A stretch of DNA of 64,000 nt from Candidatus Nomurabacteria bacterium. GTDB taxonomy: Bacteria; Patescibacteriota; Minisyncoccia; Phycocordibacterales; UBA9973. Shown here one piece after another: positions 49,983-56,857 of this stretch (the stretch's first letter is position 1; every line of letters starts with the position of its first letter). Under the pieces are notes generated by a model. It saw only the letters and a program-made list of their open reading frames with translations. It searched no databases and had not been told where the DNA came from. The translations under genes were made by a program, and so were the position numbers. The stretch spans positions 1,597 to 65,596 of the forward strand of contig JAIOPO010000004.1 of assembly GCA_021413905.1 (NCBI GenBank), in the 5' to 3' direction.

Positions 49983-51761
49983 TTACATAATATCAACAAT
50001 CCTAAGCCTCAGCTCTTCACGACCGCGGAAACGAGATAAATCAAAAGTCGCCAGTAAGTTTACAGACAATCCTTCGGCTAAAGGAATTTTAAAGGAATCT
50101 AAGCCAGAGAAAAATGAAATCGCTGTGGCTTTTTTGTTATTATCGGAAAAAATAATTTCTAGATGTTCTTGTGAATTATTTTTTCCGAATTTTTTCAATT
50201 TTTCTATTTTCACATTTTCAAAAAGAAAAATAGGCTTTGGATTTTCACAACCAAATGGCGCCATTTTTTCTATTTCTTTCCAATTTTTCATATTTACGTC
50301 AGTGAGAGATAATTTTAAATCAAAAAGTGTGGGAGATTGCTTTTCTGTAGCCGAGGACTGTCTGAGCGTAGCGAGTTCCGCAGGCAAAGAAAAAATATCA
50401 CCTGCACTTTTTGCACGAATATTTACAAAAGAACTAGACAAAGCTTCCTCCAAAAAATGCACTTTTTCTGTATGCACTGTAAATCCTCCCGCGCCTTCGT
50501 GCCCGCCAAATTCCAAGAAATACTCACGTGTTTCTGTCATCAACTCAACAACAGACACTGAGCCATCTGACCGACAAGAACCTTTTATAAAATCATTCTC
50601 ATCTTTACCCCACACAAACACGGGCTTTTTATGTTCATCACAAATCTTACCCGCAACAAGACCGAGCACACCCACTTTCCATTCCGGATGCCCTATAACT
50701 ATCACTTCGTTCATTTCACGTTTCTCGAATTTTTTATTCACATCTTTCATAATACCAGCAACCATTTTTTTTCTTTCGTCATTTATTTTCGTCAAATGAT
50801 TTGCCAAAATTCCTGCCTCCGTTTCATCTTGCGTTGCCAACAATTCAAAAGCTCGGCGCGGATCATCCATACGCGATGCAGCATTAAGTCGAGGCGTCAC
50901 CATAAAACCAATATCGTCTTCAGAAATATATTTCTGATCTATGCTCATCTTTGCCAAAAGTTTTTGCAAACCCGGACGCGGAGATTTCCTAAAAACTTTC
51001 AAACCAAAATATGCAATCACTCTATTTTCTCCCAACAACGGCACCATGTCAGAAAGTGTCGCTAGCCCCGCCATATCAAGCAACCATTTCTCCCAAGAGA
51101 GAGGCGCGGGTATTGTGTTTTCTGTAGCCGAGGACTGTCTGAGCGTAGCGAGTTCCGCAGGCAAAGGAAACACAATACCCGCGCCTCCATACTTCTTCAA
51201 AAAACCTTGCACCAATTTAAAAACAACCCCAGACCCACATAACATTTTTTCCGAATATTCGTCTACTTTCGGATTCAAAATAGCATACGCTCGCGGAAGC
51301 TCTGCGTGCGGAATATGGTGATCTGTAATTATAACATCAATGCCGTACACAATAGCTTGAGCTACTTCTGCCACAGCTGTGATGCCTAAATCAATCGTGA
51401 TTAAAAGCTTCACACCGTCTGCGTCCATTTTTTTTACCATTTCCAAATTCAAACCATATCCTTCAGAATTTCTTTGCGGAATATATACTTCAAAATTTTT
51501 ATAATTTAATTTATTAAAAAAGTCATTCAATATCACCGCGCCTGGAATGCCGTCGCAATCATAATCCGCATATACCAATATTTTTTCTCCAGCTTCCATC
51601 GCTTCAAAAATCCGCACGCAAGCTTTTTCCATATCGCGCATTAAAAAAGGATCGTGCATATCGCGTTCATAATTTGGATTTAGGAAAATCTCTTTTTGCT
51701 CGGCTGTTGTAATGCCTCGTTTTTCCAATAATTCATTTAATAGGCTACTTGGTTGCATAAA
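49983..51761 (-). CDS. recJ: Single-stranded-DNA-specific exonuclease RecJ (DHH/DHHA1), with two in-frame copies of a ~73-bp repeat element
   Basis: DHH motifs (YADYDCDG, DHH) and DHHA1. Probable start is MQPSSLL (ORF track start 51908). Confidence 0.85.
   Translation of the reverse strand, partial: FMQPSSLLNELLEKRGITTAEQKEIFLNPNYERDMHDPFLMRDMEKACVRIFEAMEAGEKILVYADYDCDGIPGAVILNDFFNKLNYKNFEVYIPQRNSEGYGLNLEMVKKMDADGVKLLITIDLGITAVAEVAQAIVYGIDVIITDHHIPHAELPRAYAILNPKVDEYSEKMLCGSGVVFKLVQGFLKKYGGAGIVFPLPAELATLRQSSATENTIPAPLSWEKWLLDMAGLATLSDMVPLLGENRVIAYFGLKVFRKSPRPGLQKLLAKMSIDQKYISEDDIGFMVTPRLNAASRMDDPRRAFELLATQDETEAGILANHLTKINDERKKMVAGIMKDVNKKFEKREMNEVIVIGHPEWKVGVLGLVAGKICDEHKKPVFVWGKDENDFIKGSCRSDGSVSVVELMTETREYFLEFGGHEGAGGFTVHTEKVHFLEEALSSSFVNIRAKSAGDIFSLPAELATLRQSSATEKQSPTLFDLKLSLTDVNMKNWKEIEKMAPFGCENPKPIFLFENVKIEKLKKFGKNNSQEHLEIIFSDNNKKATAISFFSGLDSFKIPLAEGLSVNLLATFDLSRFRGREELRLRIVDIM
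50331..50402. repeat. GC-rich repeat element copy A (49-bp identical core with imperfect terminal inverted repeats), in-frame inside recJ
   Basis: Core ttttctgtagccgaggactgtctgagcgtagcgagttccgcaggcaaag is identical to the copy at 51118-51166; encodes ...LPAELATLRQSSATE... Confidence 0.85.
51108..51180. repeat. GC-rich repeat element copy B with perfect 13-bp terminal inverted repeats (GGGTATTGTGTTT...AAACACAATACCC), in-frame inside recJ
   Basis: Read from sequence; 73 bp spans 24 codons plus 1 nt in the recJ frame. Confidence 0.85.
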
Positions 51762-51794
51762 GACAATTTTAACACAGTTTGATATAATATTGAT

Positions 51795-52205
51795 ATGGAA
51801 GAGTGTATATTTTGTAAAATAATAAAAGGGCAAATCCCTAGCACGAAAATTTATGAGGATGATAAAACCCTCGCCTTTTTGGATATTGCGCCAGTAAACA
51901 TCGGGCACGCTTTAATAATACCTAAAGAACATTATGCAAATATATATGAAACTCCGGAAGACACTATGTCAGACATAATAAAAGTAGCTAAAAAAATATC
52001 TCTCGCTGTGAAAGAAGCAGTAAAAGCAGAAGGAGTAAATATTACAATGAACAATAACCACGCTGCCGGGCAAGTAATATTCCATTCACACATTCACGTC
52101 ATCCCCCGTTTCTCAAACGATGGCTTTGAACTCTGGCACGGTAAAAGAGCATACGAAGATGACGAAATGAAATCTGTTGCTGAAAATATTACTTCAAAGC
52201 TTTAA
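51795..52205 (+). CDS. HIT-family (histidine triad) nucleotide hydrolase
   Basis: HSHIHVIP histidine-triad motif; N-terminal CxxC-like IFCKI. Confidence 0.9.
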   Translation: MEECIFCKIIKGQIPSTKIYEDDKTLAFLDIAPVNIGHALIIPKEHYANIYETPEDTMSDIIKVAKKISLAVKEAVKAEGVNITMNNNHAAGQVIFHSHIHVIPRFSNDGFELWHGKRAYEDDEMKSVAENITSKL

Positions 52206-53232
52206 TTAAATTTTTATCATTAAAAAATTTAGAAAGTTTATACCCCCTACAATGAGACAAAATTCCTAAATAAGAAAACTTTGACTCTTTGAATAAATTT
52301 TGTTTCACTTTTCGTAAAATTCTTTTTTTAGTGGAAGTTCGCAAAACTTTATAATGTGTAAGAACTACATAACCAAGAAAATCCACTCCTTGCGATACTT
52401 TTCTAATTTCAACTTTTTTGGGATGTAATTTTAATTTAAGTTTCTCTTCTAAAAATTCGGAAATTTTTGGTAAAAGTAATTCAAGAAAATATTTATCTTT
52501 TGAAACGCACACGAAATCGTCACAATATCTTGCATAATATTTTACTTTTAAAACATGTTTCATAAACTGATCAAAAACATTCATATAAACATTTGCAAAA
52601 AGTTGACTTGTCACATTACCAAGAGGAAGACCTTTGCCTTCTAATTTTTCAAAACTTTTTATAATATTTTCTAAAAGCCATTTGGTTTCCAAGCACTCAA
52701 TTTTTTCAAAAAGAATTTTCTTTAAAATTTCGTGATCTATTGAATCAAAAAATTTAGAAATATCACACTTTAATACCCAAGCATTATTTTTATAATTTTT
52801 TGTTTCTTTTCTTAAAAAACTTTCAAGACGCTCAACTCCCGCGTGAGTGCCTTTATTAAATCGGCAAGCATAAGAATCATAAATAAAAGATGGATCATAA
52901 ATTTTATAAAGTTGGCGAAAAACAGCTTGATGCACTACCCTGTCTCGAACCTGTGCTTTGTGTATATGTCTTATTTTGGGGTCGCAAACATAAAAAGGCA
53001 CATATGGCTCATTTATATATGTTTTTCTTCGTAGAGAAAAATGAATATCCAAGATATTTTTTTCTAAATTAAATTCAAATTTCTGTATATCAGTTTTTTT
53101 ATTTTTTCCACGACGAAACTCTCGCCACGCAGACAAAAGATTGGAAGTGGAAATAATATGATAGAATAAATCACTATGATGACCCCCCCACTTACTTCCA
53201 ATAAAATTATCGAGCTCCCTGTTATTCTCCAT
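52189..53232 (-). CDS. Diversity-generating retroelement (DGR) reverse transcriptase
   Basis: RT motifs including YCDDF (motif C) and the DGR-specific motif 4 LPLGNVTSQLFANVYMN (I/LGxxxSQ instead of QGxxxSP). About 347 aa with no maturase domain. Confidence 0.85.
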   Translation of the reverse strand: MENNRELDNFIGSKWGGHHSDLFYHIISTSNLLSAWREFRRGKNKKTDIQKFEFNLEKNILDIHFSLRRKTYINEPYVPFYVCDPKIRHIHKAQVRDRVVHQAVFRQLYKIYDPSFIYDSYACRFNKGTHAGVERLESFLRKETKNYKNNAWVLKCDISKFFDSIDHEILKKILFEKIECLETKWLLENIIKSFEKLEGKGLPLGNVTSQLFANVYMNVFDQFMKHVLKVKYYARYCDDFVCVSKDKYFLELLLPKISEFLEEKLKLKLHPKKVEIRKVSQGVDFLGYVVLTHYKVLRTSTKKRILRKVKQNLFKESKFSYLGILSHCRGYKLSKFFNDKNLIKALK

Positions 53233-53562
53233 GTAAAGAGATTATATAAAATAATATATCAATTGGGAATAAAAATGCCGAAACAAAATAAATTGGGCAT
53301 ACATAAAGTGTTGGAAGAAAAAACATTACTAATACTTACTACATTAATTGATTCAGCACTTAGAAGTAGGCAAGACAAAATACAAACTCTAAATCAAGCT
53401 CGTAGAGATATTGAAGTCTTGAAACATCTTATTCGCCTAGAATATGAATTAAATATAATACAAGAGAAATCTTATATAAATTTATCAGCGATGCTTGAAA
53501 ATATCTCTATGATGACAACCGGTTGGATAAAGTCTCTCGGAACACAAAAGCCCCTCTATTGA
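53176..53562 (+). CDS. Avd-like four-helix-bundle protein (23S rRNA IVS protein family), DGR accessory variability determinant candidate
   Basis: ...IYQLGIKMPKQNKLGI...LNQARRDIEVLKHLIRLEYELNIIQEKSY...WIKSLG parallels IVS/Avd proteins. Start uncertain (53176 overlaps the RT start on the other strand; alternative ATG at 53275). Confidence 0.6.
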   Translation: MMTPPLTSNKIIELPVILHVKRLYKIIYQLGIKMPKQNKLGIHKVLEEKTLLILTTLIDSALRSRQDKIQTLNQARRDIEVLKHLIRLEYELNIIQEKSYINLSAMLENISMMTTGWIKSLGTQKPLY

Positions 53563-53583
53563 GGAGCTTTATGAGAAACTTCT

Positions 53584-53693
53584 GACGGAGACCGTTGTCG
53601 GAATTACGGTTGTCGCGATTGTCGTTGCTGATGTTGAACTGACCATTGTCGTTGCGGTTCATGTTCATCGCGTTACCGTCTGAATCGAGGGCT
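53584..53693 (-). repeat. DGR template repeat (TR), 110 bp
   Basis: Aligns base-for-base with 53959-54068. Of 20 mismatches, 19 fall where the TR coding (minus) strand has A; the TR coding frame is AAC/AAT-rich. Confidence 0.85.
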
Positions 53694-53884
53694 CTTTCTG
53701 TGAGTGTCCACCAATATCACCACATATCTTTTTCAAAATATGTTGAATTTTCCGGCACTAAAGCCGTCTCTGTTTGGAATCTAAATTCCCTAGACTCTCG
53801 CAGGCAGTTTCTATTGTTTGGCAAACTGTCATCACATTTTTTAAACGGATCAGCTTAACAGCCGAGTTAATTATAACAAAATTG

Positions 53885-53926
53885 TAAAAAAAAGTTCCCC
53901 TTGAATTAAAAAATCCAAAGGGAACA
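53885..53926 (-). terminator. Intrinsic terminator of the DGR target gene
   Basis: Minus strand reads GUUCCCUUUG(G)...CAAGGGGAAC, a ~10-bp stem, followed by U8. Confidence 0.7.
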
Positions 53927-53944
53927 AGATAATAGTCAAGAGGT

Positions 53945-54691
53945 TTAGAAACCTACTTGACGGAGACCGTGGTCGGAAAGACGGCCGCCGCGATGGCCGC
54001 TGCCGATGTAGAACTGACCATAGTCGCGGCGGATCATGAACATCGCGTGCCCGCCTGAATCGAGGGCTGCAAAACGTGTGAGTCCTTTGACATCATACAT
54101 TTTACTAGTCTCAGTCCGATGACGAAAAGCGGCGATGATGCCTTCTTTCGGCACCATAAACTTGGTGCCGGCTTCGATACCGTCATCATAGCTTTTGCCT
54201 AGCATGTCGGGCTCGTCTCCGCCGACGTGGCACATGGGATAGTCGCCTTCGGGGCGCGCTTGCTGTTCGCGAATTGCATCGGTGATGCTGTCGTAATATT
54301 TCCATACAGCATCCTTTCCGAACTTTTTCGCATAGGCTTCAAGTGCCTGATCCTCGGTGATGTCGGAAAAAATAACCTCAAGGCGAGACATTTTTTCAGT
54401 TTTCACCGGCAAAGAAAGTTTCGTCCAGTCAACCTGACGGTTGAAGAATTTTTTGTAAAATATTTCTATCTTACGTTTTTCTTCAGTCCAGTGGTCAACT
54501 TTTACACCGAGAACTTCTTCGCAGAATTTCTCGGTCAGTTCTTCAAGCTCTTTTTTGTCACTCAAGACAAAGTGTTGCGCTTGGTCAAAACTGAAACCTC
54601 CATCGCCCAGCACACGAATAATGGTGCCGGCAATTTTAAAACCAATTGCAGACAACTGCCCCGTGGTTGCGGGTTTTTGCTGATTTGTCAT
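53945..54691 (-). CDS. DGR target protein with C-terminal variable region (C-type-lectin/FGE-like fold suspected); GC-rich relative to neighbours
   Basis: 3' 110 bp (53959-54068) is the variable repeat. C-terminus ...IGSGHRGGRLSDHGLRQVGF resembles the CLec-fold VR ends (…GFRxV) of known DGR targets. Confidence 0.75.
   Translation of the reverse strand: MTNQQKPATTGQLSAIGFKIAGTIIRVLGDGGFSFDQAQHFVLSDKKELEELTEKFCEEVLGVKVDHWTEEKRKIEIFYKKFFNRQVDWTKLSLPVKTEKMSRLEVIFSDITEDQALEAYAKKFGKDAVWKYYDSITDAIREQQARPEGDYPMCHVGGDEPDMLGKSYDDGIEAGTKFMVPKEGIIAAFRHRTETSKMYDVKGLTRFAALDSGGHAMFMIRRDYGQFYIGSGHRGGRLSDHGLRQVGF
53959..54068 (-). repeat. DGR variable repeat (VR) at the 3' end of the target gene
   Basis: See the TR alignment; adenine-specific substitutions. 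Confidence 0.85.
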
Positions 54692-54857
54692 AAGACTCCT
54701 CCTTTAAAAAGAACATTAATTTGTTGAGCCAAAAACCACAAAGGTTATCAAGGGTGCTCATACCCTTAATATCTAAAGTATACACCTTTTAGAGTAAAAA
54801 GTCAAGAGCTAAAAATAGCTGTAAAATAAAGCTTTTCCCTATGTCAGACATATGTAT

Positions 54858-55925
54858 TTATTTCAAAGCTTTAATTCCAGGCAAGGTGCCATTAGCGAGA
54901 AAGTCCAGTGTCGCCCCTCCGCCAGTGGAAACAAAAGAAAATTTGTCTTCCATTTTATTTTCAGAAATTAAAGATACCGTGTCTCCTCCACCAATAATGC
55001 TTTCAGCTTTAGAATTGGCAACCAACTTCAAAACACTTTTTGTGGCTCCACCATTCAATACTTCGTATTTCCCCAAAGGTCCGTTCCAGAGAATCATTTT
55101 AGCTTTCCTTATTATTAGTGCGAGATTTTTTATTGATTCAGACCCAACATCTAAAATGATTTCATCTTTTTGTACTTCAGTTACTTTTTTATTTATAAAA
55201 GTCCCATCAGTTTTTTTTACCACTACATCAGTAGGTAAAATAAGTTTTTTATTATTTATAAATTTATTAATCCCAAAGTCACTTTCATCAACAAGAGACT
55301 TACCCACTTCATAACCTTTCGCTTTCAAAAAGTCATTTACTAGAGCGCCCCCTATGAAAATATTATCAGCGAGATTTAAATACTTTTTAATCAAAGGCAT
55401 TTTAGTGGAAAACTTCGCTCCGCCTAGAATAAACAAAAATGGATGCTTTGGATTTTTCATAACCTTGGAAAGATTTTTCACTTCTTCTTCAAGCTGAAAG
55501 CCCGCATAGCTGGGCAAATATTTTGGAACGCCGACAACAGATGCATGCGCTCTATGAGAAACAGAAAATGCGTCATTCACATAAATGTCTGCGAGACTTG
55601 CCAAATGTTTCGCAAAATCTTTATCATTCTTTTCTTCACCGGGGAATTTACGAACATTTTCAAAAAATTCTATTTTGTTTTTAGGAATTTTAGAAAGAGT
55701 AAAAAAATTTTTAATCACTGGCTCAAGTGAAGCTGTACCGTCTTTACCTAAATGAGTTAGCAAAATTACTTGCGCACCTTTTTTTAATAAATAATTTATA
55801 GTTGGCAAAGATTTGCGAATACGAAAATCATCTTCAACCTTGCCATTTTTAATAGGCACATTGAAATCCACCCTCACGAGAACTCTTTTACCTTTTATGT
55901 TTTTTAATTTTTTGATTGATTGCAT
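54858..55925 (-). CDS. pgk: Phosphoglycerate kinase
   Basis: RVDFNVP N-terminal motif and the conserved hinge and C-terminal nucleotide-binding region. Confidence 0.9.
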   Translation of the reverse strand: MQSIKKLKNIKGKRVLVRVDFNVPIKNGKVEDDFRIRKSLPTINYLLKKGAQVILLTHLGKDGTASLEPVIKNFFTLSKIPKNKIEFFENVRKFPGEEKNDKDFAKHLASLADIYVNDAFSVSHRAHASVVGVPKYLPSYAGFQLEEEVKNLSKVMKNPKHPFLFILGGAKFSTKMPLIKKYLNLADNIFIGGALVNDFLKAKGYEVGKSLVDESDFGINKFINNKKLILPTDVVVKKTDGTFINKKVTEVQKDEIILDVGSESIKNLALIIRKAKMILWNGPLGKYEVLNGGATKSVLKLVANSKAESIIGGGDTVSLISENKMEDKFSFVSTGGGATLDFLANGTLPGIKALK

Positions 55926-55939
55926 TTTTTTATTATGAA

Positions 55940-56039
55940 GCAGAAACTTGTTTTTTAAAAGCCTTGGTAGGAGCGACGGCGACGGACAGAGAAAGTTTTC
56001 AACAGAAAACTTTCGTGCTTTTTAAAAATTAGTTTCTGC
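55940..56039. repeat. ~100-bp imperfect palindromic element between tpiA and pgk with a GC-rich core and a nested perfect 10-bp hairpin
   Basis: Outer arms cagaaacttgttttttaaaagc / gctttttaaaaattagtttctg; inner GAAAGTTTTC-aaca-GAAAACTTTC; core ggagcgacggcgacggacag. Confidence 0.5.
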
Positions 56040-56798
56040 GGAGCTTACTATTGATAAAAACTTCTTCACATCCAAACTATCCCTGCCGACTAAAAATCCA
56101 TCTGCGCCTTCCGCCAAAAAACCCTGCACATTTTCCGGATGCACAGAACCGCCATAAATTATTCTGGGCATATTTATTTTAATTCCAAATTTATCTGACA
56201 AAATTTTCTTTACATAAATACTCATCTCACGAAATTCCGCAGGAGTAGCTTCCCTTTTTGCATTCTTACCAATAGCCCAGATTGGTTCATACGCAATAAT
56301 CATTCTTGAAATATTTTCTTTTGATATTTTTTCTAAACATTCTTCGATTTGTTTTTTAATAAAAATCAAATATTCATGATTTTCATCTCTTTCATTTTCA
56401 CCAAAACAAAAAACAGGAACAAGGCTTGAATCTAATGCCATTTTTATTTTTTTATTTACATCTTGATTACTTTCCCCGCTTAGCGGGGCAAGCACCCCTG
56501 CGCGTCTTTCTGAATGCCCTAATATTACATATTTTGCTTTTATGTTTATCAACATTTCTGCTGACACTTCTCCGGTATAAGACCCAACACCATTTTCCAA
56601 ACAAATATTTTGTGCTCCTAAAGAAACTTTTTTTGATATTTTGCCCAACTTTTCCAAATATAAAAATGGCGGACAAATAGCCACTTCTGTTTTTTTATTT
56701 TTTAAATTTTTAGAAATTCCAGAAAAGATTTTCTCCGCTTCTTTCATAGTCAACGGATTCATTTTCCAATTACCAATAATTATTTTCTTTAAAATCAT
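56022..56798 (-). CDS. tpiA: Triosephosphate isomerase
   Basis: IIGNWKMN, catalytic GHSERR and AYEPIWAIG motifs. Confidence 0.95.
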   Translation of the reverse strand: MILKKIIIGNWKMNPLTMKEAEKIFSGISKNLKNKKTEVAICPPFLYLEKLGKISKKVSLGAQNICLENGVGSYTGEVSAEMLINIKAKYVILGHSERRAGVLAPLSGESNQDVNKKIKMALDSSLVPVFCFGENERDENHEYLIFIKKQIEECLEKISKENISRMIIAYEPIWAIGKNAKREATPAEFREMSIYVKKILSDKFGIKINMPRIIYGGSVHPENVQGFLAEGADGFLVGRDSLDVKKFLSIVSSAETNF

Positions 56799-56811
56799 AA
56801 TACTATTATAA

Positions 56812-56842
56812 CAAAAAAATCCCCATTTGGGGATTTTTTTGT
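56812..56842 (-). terminator. Intrinsic terminator downstream of the 56858-58711 gene
   Basis: aaaaaaATCCCCatttGGGGATttttttt. Confidence 0.7.
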
Positions 56843-56857
56843 AAAGTTAAATTAAAT

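Noticed and set aside
50125-51321. Several plus-strand ORFs (224, 144, 126 aa)
   Set aside because: They lie antisense within recJ, whose minus-strand translation carries clear DHH/DHHA1 motifs; they are shadow ORFs.
53646-53858. Plus-strand 70-aa ORF (MSLRFMFIALPSE...)
   Set aside because: It lies antisense over the DGR template repeat and the target-gene terminator region; its reading frame is a by-product of the TR sequence.
54227-54727. Plus-strand 166-aa ORF
   Set aside because: Shadow ORF antisense to the GC-rich DGR target gene, which has the coherent protein-like translation and the VR.
55926-56040. Possible tRNA or small RNA gene in the pgk-tpiA spacer
   Set aside because: No T-loop (GTTCRANYC) or cloverleaf-compatible segments; the structure is a long palindrome instead. 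Kept as a repeat element.
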